A stretch of DNA of 64,000 nt from a virus. Positions 50,627 to 57,498 of the stretch are shown in pieces. The first letter of the stretch is position 1, and the number at the start of each line of letters is the position of its first letter. The notes below the pieces were generated by a model that was not told where the DNA came from, made no database searches, and worked only from the letters and a program-made list of their open reading frames with translations. The position numbers and the translations under genes were made by a program. The stretch lies in IMG/VR virus record IMGVR_UViG_3300025695_000007, positions 14,692 through 78,691 of that record; one strand, written 5' to 3'.

Positions 50627-51297
50627 ATAACGCTAAGAAAATAATTATGGTGCTCGATACCGAAACTGCCGATCTCACTGGTTCGGTTTACGATGTTGGC
50701 TACACGATCACCAATAAGCGCGGCGAGATTATTCTCTCGCGCAATTGGCTCGTTGAAGAAATTTTCACGGATGCGAAGAAGATGATGGGCGCATTCTATG
50801 CGGGGAAAATTTTTACGCACTATGCCCCCATGTTACAGCGCGGCGAAATTCGCCTCGCCCCTTGGCTCGAGATTGTCGAGACCATGCGAGCCGATATTCT
50901 AGAATATTCGGTTAATATTCTCGCTGCTTATAATCTGCCTTTTGACACTCGCGTTATGCGCAACACGCATTCCGCGCTAGGTTATACCGACAAAATTCTG
51001 CCGCACTCGCTTGACCAATTGTGTATTTGGCAATTTGCTTGCGAGACAAAACTGAATACTCGACTCTATAAAGATTTAGCGAAACAAAAGGGATGGGTTA
51101 GCGATGCAGGCAATATTCGCACGGGGGCAGAATACGCCTACCGATTTTGCGCGGGGGATTGGGGTTTTATTGAAGATCACACAGCTTTGAGCGATGCAAT
51201 TATCGAGACCGAAATTCTCGCTCGCTGCTTTGCTACTGGCGCAAAAATTCCCTACAACAAGAAATCTGCAATGCCTTGGAGGATTGTAAATGCCTAG
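50623..51297 (+). CDS. DEDDh 3'-5' exonuclease (DnaQ-like)
   Basis: LDTET, AYNLPFD, HTALSDA. Confidence 0.88.
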   Translation: MNNAKKIIMVLDTETADLTGSVYDVGYTITNKRGEIILSRNWLVEEIFTDAKKMMGAFYAGKIFTHYAPMLQRGEIRLAPWLEIVETMRADILEYSVNILAAYNLPFDTRVMRNTHSALGYTDKILPHSLDQLCIWQFACETKLNTRLYKDLAKQKGWVSDAGNIRTGAEYAYRFCAGDWGFIEDHTALSDAIIETEILARCFATGAKIPYNKKSAMPWRIVNA

Positions 51298-51901
51298 CAA
51301 GAAAAAATTATTAGCGGAATTGAACCGACTGGTTGAAAACAATAGCGACTCGCTCGCTATTGTTTTCGAGGGCAGGGATTCGGCAGGAAAGAGCGGCACA
51401 ATTAAAATGCTCTCTCAATATCTGCCGCCGAATTTATTCTCAATTGAGCATTCCAAGAAACCTAGCAAGCGCGCTATGCGAAATTGGTTCGGTTACTGGA
51501 ATAAGCGTTTACCTAAGCGCGGGCAGGTTCGATTTTTTGATCGCTCATGGTATAGCCGTGCATTGGTGCAGCGCGTGAATGCATGGTGCAGCGAGAAACA
51601 AGCGCAAAATTTTCTAGCGAACGTTTCCGATTGGGAACAGCAATCAGGAACGCGCATTATTAAATTCTATTTATCGATCTCAAAGGACGAACAACAATAC
51701 AGACTGAACAAGCGAAGAAAATCGCCTCTCACCTATTGGAAATTTTCCGCTAATGATAAACTTGCTCTTGATTCTTTTGACCGCATGACACTCGCGAAAG
51801 AAGAATGCATCGGCGCGGATTGGATCGTTGTCGATTACAATGACAAACGGGCAGGTCGCATCGCTTTATTGGAACGCTTGATTCAGGAGTTAAAAAAATG
51901 A
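51290..51901 (+). CDS. ppk2: Polyphosphate kinase 2 family protein
   Basis: VFEGRDSAGKSGTIK, FDRSWY, KFYLSISKDEQ..R, P...WKFS..D. Confidence 0.92.
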   Translation: MPSKKKLLAELNRLVENNSDSLAIVFEGRDSAGKSGTIKMLSQYLPPNLFSIEHSKKPSKRAMRNWFGYWNKRLPKRGQVRFFDRSWYSRALVQRVNAWCSEKQAQNFLANVSDWEQQSGTRIIKFYLSISKDEQQYRLNKRRKSPLTYWKFSANDKLALDSFDRMTLAKEECIGADWIVVDYNDKRAGRIALLERLIQELKK

Positions 51902-52287
51902 CTTGCTATGTTGCAATTGCTGCGGATATAAATAATAAGCTAGAAACTTTTTATTATATAAAAATCGGTCAAACTCGAGGTTTTCCTAATGCGCGTTGCA
52001 ACGCTCAACGATTGAAACTTGTTTGGACGACTCATTACCAAGAAAAAATCCTCCTAGCTCTTGCCTTCGATATATTCGGAGAATCGGCGCATGATTATAG
52101 ATGTTGTGGCTATACCGAATCCTTTGGAAACTTTCAGACAGCAATTGAAGCGTTTAACAATACTTTATTGCTTGCAGAAACTTTACAGGGTAATTGGGTT
52201 TCTTTTGATAGAAGACGAAAAAAACCTTGCTATGACTTGCACCCGATGGCGGAACACTTGATACAGGAAATTAAAAATGGACAATAA
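51898..52287 (+). CDS. Hypothetical protein (IKIGQT, T5orf172/GIY-YIG-like start)
   Basis: AGGAG RBS; ATGA overlap. Confidence 0.55.
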   Translation: MTCYVAIAADINNKLETFYYIKIGQTRGFPNARCNAQRLKLVWTTHYQEKILLALAFDIFGESAHDYRCCGYTESFGNFQTAIEAFNNTLLLAETLQGNWVSFDRRRKKPCYDLHPMAEHLIQEIKNGQ

Positions 52288-52366
52288 CTTTTTTACTGCC
52301 TTGCTTTTCATTTTCGTTTTCGGCATGGCATTTTATTTACCAATCGGTTTTTTACTCTCATTCTAA
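52277..52366 (+). CDS. 29-aa hydrophobic peptide
   Basis: MDNNFFTALLFIFVFGMAFYLPIGFLLSF; AGGA RBS; precedes terminator. Confidence 0.5.
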   Translation: MDNNFFTALLFIFVFGMAFYLPIGFLLSF

Positions 52367-52380
52367 AACACACATTCCAG

Positions 52381-52421
52381 AAAATCCGCGTTAGCTCCAG
52401 GGCTCTCGCGGATTTTTTTTT
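52381..52421. terminator. Intrinsic terminator ending pre-early operon (possibly bidirectional)
   Basis: AAAATCCGCG...CGCGGATTTTTTTTT. Confidence 0.82.
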
Positions 52422-52469
52422 GTCCGATAAAAAACGGGCATTCCAGAATCGCCAGGGCTGGACGATCCC

Positions 52470-52490
52470 AAATGAGAATCATTCTCATTT
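52470..52490. promoter_or_regulatory. Fur-box-like palindrome 3 (perfect 10-1-10)
   Basis: AAATGAGAAT-C-ATTCTCATTT. Confidence 0.68.
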
Positions 52491-52499
52491 CGGCGCCCC

Positions 52500-52772
52500 G
52501 GCGCCAGTGCGAAAGCGAAGTGGAATTACGATGGTGTCGCTCGCGCCATTGTACCAAATCGAGCGGGGTTTGTCAAGTCTTTTTTTGAGGTTCGGTGAAA
52601 TTAGTCCGGGCAGGGCTAGTCTCCGCAGATAGTAAAGCATTTACTTGCATAAACCCCGCAACGATTATTAAAGTAATTGCTTTAATAACGAGGCGCCGAA
52701 GTGCAAAGTCGAAAATCAACGCAAATGGTGGGCCGCGCCGATTATAGCAGACCCCCACGGGGTTTGTCAAGT
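52500..52772 (-). repeat. Two degenerate ~80-bp units, each with a leftward sigma70 promoter
   Basis: GGCGCC..AGTGC.AAAG.CGAA...ATGGTG...CGCGCC...CGGGGTTTGTCAAGT twice; TTGACA-17-TACAAT (52548-76), TTGACA-18-TATAAT (52741-70). Confidence 0.75.
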
Positions 52773-52874
52773 GTTATTTACAATTTCCTTAAATTAATCC
52801 CACACGCTTGGTCTTCTGAGACCCCGTAGAAACCCCGCAACGGGGTTTATGTGTAAAAAACTTAAATTTTTACA

Positions 52875-52943
52875 CATATCGAGGCAAATATGAGTAAATT
52901 TTAGAAAAATTACCCATATGCGAGGCAAATTCTAGTAAATTTG
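52875..52943 (+). repeat. Imperfect direct repeat, ~41-bp period
   Basis: CATAT(G)CGAGGCAAAT..AGTAAATTT twice. Confidence 0.7.
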
Positions 52944-53035
52944 GGCCAATGGTAGCAAAAAACAGTTGACAAAAACCCCGCGTCGGCCCCCGGAATTAGA
53001 GTGCGTTCCCTGCCCGTCCATGCCTCAAATATATC

Positions 53036-53064
53036 TTGACGAAGTGGTAGAACTTTAGTATAAT
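53036..53064 (+). promoter_or_regulatory. Early sigma70 promoter
   Basis: TTGACG-17-TATAAT. Confidence 0.8.
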
Positions 53065-53092
53065 ATATACATTCTTAAAAAAGGAAGAAAAA

Positions 53093-53260
53093 ATGAGAAA
53101 CAATCTACTTGAGTTAGTCGACGAAGGCTGGTTAAACAACAGAGAAGTTTTAATCGCTTGTATTAAGTACATGAGCGAAGATGAAGTAAAAGATATGATG
53201 GAAGTAAACGAATACACTGATCTTTGGACACGATATCAGGAGTGGATAGCCGATGACTAG
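53093..53260 (+). CDS. Small acidic hypothetical protein (55 aa)
   Basis: MRNNLLELVDEG...KYMSEDEV; AAGGA RBS; not in track. Confidence 0.7.
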   Translation: MRNNLLELVDEGWLNNREVLIACIKYMSEDEVKDMMEVNEYTDLWTRYQEWIADD

Positions 53261-53444
53261 TATGAAAGACTGTGATGACCTAATCACTGAATTAGTAAAG
53301 AAATGGAAAGCAAACCAGGAAGGCTATACTAACTATGCTGAGATATGTGGTAGACTCATGGCATTGTTAGGAGATGCAGCCTATAACCACCCAGAAGTCT
53401 ATAGAATGCTACAGGACCGACATGCTAGAATTGGAAGTAATTAG
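53253..53444 (+). CDS. Hypothetical protein
   Basis: AGGAG RBS; overlaps upstream stop. Confidence 0.6.
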   Translation: MTSMKDCDDLITELVKKWKANQEGYTNYAEICGRLMALLGDAAYNHPEVYRMLQDRHARIGSN

Positions 53445-53838
53445 TAAAGAATGGAATAAGCATGAGTTAGAAGCGTGTATACAATCAATGGTATACGCTT
53501 GGAACGTACTGGAGATAAAGAACAAAACAAGAGTGATAGTAAAGTTTCTCCCTGCCCATAGCACTTATGTTGGGTTGACAGAACAGGAGCGATTGAAAGA
53601 ATACACAATTAGAATGTACTATAACCCCGACGGGGTCGATGCAATGATGAAGACTGCAATGCATGAGATGGTTCATGTAGCACAGTTTCGAAGTGGAAAA
53701 CTTCGCTATGAACCCGTTATGGTTTGGTATGACGGAACAATGGACAGTGATGATCTAGCATATCTTGATGCTCCCTGGGAGAAAGAAGCATACGCTATGG
53801 AAGAACTGCTTTTTAAACAAGTGATGAAGCCCTCTTAG
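53422..53838 (+). CDS. Zincin-like metallopeptidase
   Basis: HEMVHVAQ (HExxH), PWEKEAY. Confidence 0.8.
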   Translation: MLELEVISKEWNKHELEACIQSMVYAWNVLEIKNKTRVIVKFLPAHSTYVGLTEQERLKEYTIRMYYNPDGVDAMMKTAMHEMVHVAQFRSGKLRYEPVMVWYDGTMDSDDLAYLDAPWEKEAYAMEELLFKQVMKPS

Positions 53839-53849
53839 GAGGGTTTTTT
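53828..53849 (+). terminator. Intrinsic terminator
   Basis: GCCCTC-TTAG-GAGGGT-TTTTT. Confidence 0.75.
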
Positions 53850-53870
53850 CTTATGTGTTGAAAAAAATTC

Positions 53871-53899
53871 TTGACAATTTTAAGAAAGTTTAGTATAAT
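53871..53899 (+). promoter_or_regulatory. Early sigma70 promoter
   Basis: TTGACA-17-TATAAT with A-rich UP element. Confidence 0.85.
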
Positions 53900-53927
53900 A
53901 TACACATAATGAAAAAAGGAGACAGCA

Positions 53928-54023
53928 ATGTCTGATTATGAACACGACGAAGTAAAAGCCGTAACGGGGTTGATACTGATCATAGGAGCCATTATATGGG
54001 CAATATTATACAGCTTGTTGTAG
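53928..54023 (+). CDS. 31-aa single-TM peptide
   Basis: AGGAG RBS; MSDYEHDEVKAVTGLILIIGAIIWAILYSLL. Confidence 0.6.
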   Translation: MSDYEHDEVKAVTGLILIIGAIIWAILYSLL

Positions 54024-54238
54024 ACCCTACACCAAAAATAGAAGCACAAATTGAAAAATTAGAGTTGCTTCATAAAGAATTAGATGATTTAATGGAAGCT
54101 CTGAACGACTGCGAGTGGAGACTCGAAGAGCAGCAAGAAATCTATGAAGCACTACTCGCAAAGTACAAAGGCGAGATTCCATTAATCTGGAAAATATATT
54201 CAACAACACAAACAATTAGCGAGGAAGACTATCTATGA
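53996..54238 (+). CDS. Coiled-coil hypothetical protein
   Basis: AGGAG RBS; heptad pattern. Confidence 0.65.
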   Translation: MGNIIQLVVDPTPKIEAQIEKLELLHKELDDLMEALNDCEWRLEEQQEIYEALLAKYKGEIPLIWKIYSTTQTISEEDYL

Positions 54239-54555
54239 GCAATTATACTGAAGAACAAACCTTGCAGATGATTCAGGAGTACACTGCAACCCCGTCGAGA
54301 GCTACAGTAGAAGCATTGGCGGAGAAATACGAAAAGTCGATTAAGTCAATCATTGGTAAGCTAGCACGAGAAGGAGTTTATCAACGACAGAGTTATAAAA
54401 CGAAGACTGGAGACACACCAGTAACGAAAGAAGAGTTAGTAAATGAAATCGCGGCGGGGTTGAGCATAGACCCAGAAAAGCTAGTAGGACTAGAGAAATC
54501 TCCAAAGCAAACACTAAAGAATATTGCGGAAAAACTAGGTGCCCTAGGGATATAA
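54235..54555 (+). CDS. T5 D3-like DNA-binding protein
   Basis: NYTEE...SIIGKLAREGVY...KEELV..IA...LEKSPK..L. Confidence 0.78.
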   Translation: MSNYTEEQTLQMIQEYTATPSRATVEALAEKYEKSIKSIIGKLAREGVYQRQSYKTKTGDTPVTKEELVNEIAAGLSIDPEKLVGLEKSPKQTLKNIAEKLGALGI

Positions 54556-54573
54556 TTCCATAAAATTACACAC

Positions 54574-54611
54574 AAACCCGTTATCGATTAGAAGTCTTTA
54601 ACGGGTTTTTT
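54574..54611. terminator. Intrinsic terminator
   Basis: AAACCCGTTA...TAACGGGTTTTTT. Confidence 0.78.
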
Positions 54612-54619
54612 ATTGTTCG

Positions 54620-54930
54620 CGAATTGAGCGCAATTATGTGTGTTTTTAAAAGACGCAACTTTGGAAAGGAGTTTTAGAGGTTGTAGCGGGGTTGTTTGAC
54701 CCCGTCGGGGTGTTTGTAGAATTATTTGGTTATCCGATTGATATTGGTCATCGGTCTCGCTTAGTGGTTAATGCGAAGTCATTATGGGAATTATGCTAGC
54801 TCGATACTAACCTCGATAATTTTGTGGGATACCCTATGGTACTTCCGTACCAGAGGTACTCGCACACATATCATCACAGTACTTTCGCTAGCATCTGGTT
54901 TTAAGTAGACCTGATTGTATATCAAAATAT
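54620..54930 (-). ncRNA. Candidate structured ncRNA
   Basis: ORF-free, downstream of promoter 54937-65; nested stems with GGAA tetraloop. Confidence 0.4.
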
Positions 54931-54936
54931 GAATTT

Positions 54937-54965
54937 ATTATACCATGAGTTTTAGCAGAAGTAAA
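54937..54965 (-). promoter_or_regulatory. Leftward sigma70 promoter
   Basis: TTTACT-17-TATAAT with TG extension. Confidence 0.65.
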
Positions 54966-55046
54966 GTATCTTTTTTGCCCATGTGATAGAGCAACGGGGT
55001 TGTGCGGGGCTTCAGAAACAAAAAAATATTCTAAAACCCTGCAGGA

Positions 55047-55373
55047 CTAACCTAAAGGTATGGACTCAAGATCGTATTCTATGGCTGGATCGATAGGTGG
55101 GAATTCGTAAGGTTCGTTCGTGTTTCTCTTCATCTCTTTCTCTAACCCTGCCCATTCTACAATGTAAGGCTTCCAGCTTTCTCCCTTATCATGCAGAGGG
55201 CAGACTCGTCTACAGAGATTGTAGATAGGTACATCCCACAAATTATTGTCGTTACAGTATGCAGCTACACTTCTGCTTTGAGTAATACCTGCAAGTATGT
55301 GTAGCTCATCTTTGGTGAGGGAAAAGAGTTCAAGTTGCTGATAAATCATTCTATTCATTCCTTTACAATACAT
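55047..55373 (-). CDS. Hypothetical protein
   Basis: Last gene of leftward early operon; start uncertain. Confidence 0.6.
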   Translation of the reverse strand: MYCKGMNRMIYQQLELFSLTKDELHILAGITQSRSVAAYCNDNNLWDVPIYNLCRRVCPLHDKGESWKPYIVEWAGLEKEMKRNTNEPYEFPPIDPAIEYDLESIPLG

Positions 55374-55627
55374 GCATTTGGACCGTGAATTATTTCATTG
55401 CCCCACCAAACAGAAAGAGTAGTAGCAACTCCAACTGCAGCAGCAGTAGCAACAGGAGCTGCTATTACGAGAGTAGTTCCAAATAATCCACCTACAAGCA
55501 CAGAGCTAGAAGTAGCGCAAAAAGTATTTCGATTTGAATAACTATAGGGATCTGCGTAAGAAAGTGAAGTATTTCTTTCTACTGTAGCACAAGAGGTAAG
55601 AAGTAAGAAAGGTATAACTCTTAACAT
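55355..55627 (-). CDS. Putative lipoprotein
   Basis: MLRVIPFLLLTS-C lipobox; hydrophobic Gly/Ala hairpin. Confidence 0.62.
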   Translation of the reverse strand: MLRVIPFLLLTSCATVERNTSLSYADPYSYSNRNTFCATSSSVLVGGLFGTTLVIAAPVATAAAVGVATTLSVWWGNEIIHGPNACIVKE

Positions 55628-55860
55628 TAGTACCTCAAGTGCTGAAAATATTTACCAATCAGAAAGAAACCGAGAGCACTTTCTTTTGCTTTTGGACTCT
55701 TCGTAGCTTTGTGCATTTCCTTCAATGCCCACTCCCAACCTTGCACATCATCCAGACCTTCAGGAGCTTCCTCCACTTCAGTAAAGTGCCAGGAATTCTT
55801 ATCAAGCAGCTCTAGGTATTCAACCATGTGCTTTGCAATCTTTTGATAGGGTTCTTTCAT
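55627..55860 (-). CDS. Hypothetical protein
   Basis: Coupled at both ends. Confidence 0.62.
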   Translation of the reverse strand: MKEPYQKIAKHMVEYLELLDKNSWHFTEVEEAPEGLDDVQGWEWALKEMHKATKSPKAKESALGFFLIGKYFQHLRY

Positions 55861-56069
55861 GAGTATCCTCTTGTTACCTCAATCTCTTGCGATTCAAGCA
55901 TTTCTATCTTGAGTTCACGAAACGTCATCTCCATGAGAAAGATAGCGTCATTCATGAACTCAAGAGTTACATTTATATCTTCGTTTTTGAGCGCAAGCCT
56001 GGCTTCGTTTACGACTCCGATTGTTTGAAGGAGGGTTTCTGAGGCTGCTGCTCTTGCTTCTGTATCCAT
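55857..56069 (-). CDS. Hypothetical protein
   Basis: ATGA overlap with downstream gene. Confidence 0.58.
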   Translation of the reverse strand: MDTEARAAASETLLQTIGVVNEARLALKNEDINVTLEFMNDAIFLMEMTFRELKIEMLESQEIEVTRGYS

Positions 56070-56164
56070 TTTCGTTGCTCTTCTCTAGTAGTATATGGGA
56101 ATGCACAATGAGTGCAGGTGTTCTTCAGTATGTGGCCTACGCCACAAGCGATGCACTTAATCAA
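56009..56164 (-). CDS. Small zinc-ribbon protein (51 aa)
   Basis: TTGA overlap with upstream stop; CIAC...CTHC; not in track. Confidence 0.5.
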   Translation of the reverse strand: MIKCIACGVGHILKNTCTHCAFPYTTREEQRKWIQKQEQQPQKPSFKQSES

Positions 56165-56541
56165 AGACCAAGTACCCCAACTAAGTCAGGCTCAAAGTAG
56201 TTTGGACCTTTCATGACCTTGCCCATTTCATTCTTCTGAGCATAACCATCTACGAGCTTTGACATATTGCTTTCATGAACTTCTTCAAAACAGGCGTCCA
56301 GATCGATACCATAAGCATGACCAGTACCATATATAACATAGAGAAGATCAGTAAGTGCATCCGCTACCTCTACAAGATTACGATCATCATGTGCTTCAAT
56401 CAGCTCAGACATTTCTTCCTCAATCAGAGCAATTCGAAGAGCAATAGTATCACTCTCAGGAAAGTGAGGATCTACATGAACTTCTTGATCACACGCTTCC
56501 ATGAAGTCCCCAACTTTCTCAAAATTCGTTACATCAATCAT
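56161..56541 (-). CDS. MazG-like NTP pyrophosphohydrolase
   Basis: LIEEEMSEL, EVADALTDLLYV, VHESNMSK, GKVMKGPNY. Confidence 0.9.
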   Translation of the reverse strand: MIDVTNFEKVGDFMEACDQEVHVDPHFPESDTIALRIALIEEEMSELIEAHDDRNLVEVADALTDLLYVIYGTGHAYGIDLDACFEEVHESNMSKLVDGYAQKNEMGKVMKGPNYFEPDLVGVLGL

Positions 56542-56722
56542 TTTGTTGCCTTTTGCGTTCGCGTATTATCGCTGCTTGTCTTTTCTTGTTGCGCTTGAGG
56601 CAGGGCTTTACATATTGCTGCCTCTCACGATACTCCATCAGTATTTCGTCGTTGTTCATCTTTCGTTTGAACACGCGAAGTGCTGCATCCACGTTTCCAT
56701 TTCTAACTGTTACTCTTGGCAC
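56534..56722 (-). CDS. rpsU: Ribosomal protein bS21
   Basis: VTVRNGNVDAALRVFKRK...ILMEYRERQQYVKP..KR. Confidence 0.9.
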   Translation of the reverse strand: MPRVTVRNGNVDAALRVFKRKMNNDEILMEYRERQQYVKPCLKRNKKRQAAIIRERKRQQND

Positions 56723-56909
56723 TCTTTCTCCTTACAAGTTCATTTTGAACCTTTTGCTTTACCTTTGGCTTTGCATTGTTTGCCGTAAGGTACTCTTCCA
56801 AGACTTTCTTGGGCATTGATTTCATGTAGTGGTGTACATTTGTTTTTACCTGCGTTCCATCTGCATTCTTCTTAAACTTTACTTCACTTGGCTTAAACTT
56901 AATTCCCAT
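56703..56909 (-). CDS. Basic hypothetical protein
   Basis: PKVKQKVQNELVRR; GAGG RBS. Confidence 0.65.
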   Translation of the reverse strand: MGIKFKPSEVKFKKNADGTQVKTNVHHYMKSMPKKVLEEYLTANNAKPKVKQKVQNELVRRKSAKSNS

Positions 56910-57078
56910 TTCTAGTCCTCTTGATAATAAAACCCTTCCTGCGAAGGTACTGTACTTTTTTGTAAATCGAATTCTCTGTTCTACCTGGAAGCATTTCCAG
57001 TAGTTGTTCCATAGAGACTTCGTTATAATGCTTACGAAGCACCTCTACTTCTTTTGATTTCCACATTTGTTTTTTCAT
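56899..57078 (-). CDS. Myb/SANT-like HTH protein (probably leaderless)
   Basis: WKSKEVEVLRKHY...LPGRTENSIYKK; ATG 7 nt after -10. Confidence 0.7.
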   Translation of the reverse strand: MKKQMWKSKEVEVLRKHYNEVSMEQLLEMLPGRTENSIYKKVQYLRRKGFIIKRTRNGN

Positions 57079-57085
57079 TTTGTAT

Positions 57086-57183
57086 ATTATAATAAATTTC
57101 ACCATATTTGTCAAGTATAAAATATGCGAAGTTGAAAGGAAGGAAAAATTTTTCTTGACATCATGGTGAATTTTCATTATAAT
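57086..57183. promoter_or_regulatory. Divergent pair of consensus sigma70 promoters
   Basis: Minus TTGACA-17-TATAAT (57086-114); plus TTGACA-17-TATAAT (57155-183). Confidence 0.88.
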
Positions 57184-57213
57184 ATACATATTGTAAAATT
57201 TAAGGAAAAAATC

Positions 57214-57366
57214 ATGGATTGGATCGAGTACGGTATCTACGGGGTTTGTCTAGTTGGAAGCGGACTCGCAAGTTATGATATAGGTTTTAAGAGGGGAGTT
57301 AGCGACTGTCTAACTCATCTAGAAAGTGAAGGATACATAACATTGGAACACGACGATGACGAATGA
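57214..57366 (+). CDS. Small membrane protein
   Basis: AAGGA RBS before MDWIEY. Confidence 0.6.
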   Translation: MDWIEYGIYGVCLVGSGLASYDIGFKRGVSDCLTHLESEGYITLEHDDDE

Positions 57367-57496
57367 ATGCGAAATCTGTGGCATGGATTGCGGAGTAGAT
57401 TTAATCTGTGAACAATGCCTAGTAGAAATTGAAGAAAACGATTACTCAGAGCCAGACGAAGCGCAAGAGTGGCATGACTTCGACCCGGAGTGTTAA
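57356..57496 (+). CDS. 46-aa Cys-rich acidic protein (..PDEAQEWHDFDPEC)
   Basis: CEIC...CEQC; fills gap; not in track. Confidence 0.62.
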   Translation: MTNECEICGMDCGVDLICEQCLVEIEENDYSEPDEAQEWHDFDPEC

Positions 57497-57498
57497 AT

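Noticed and set aside
52363-52770. Short track ORFs in the repeat region
   Set aside because: They overlap terminator, palindromes and promoters and lack an RBS
53090-53111. Possible fourth Fur box (AAATGAGAAACAATCTACTTG)
   Set aside because: Only one half-site matches, and it is explained by a start codon
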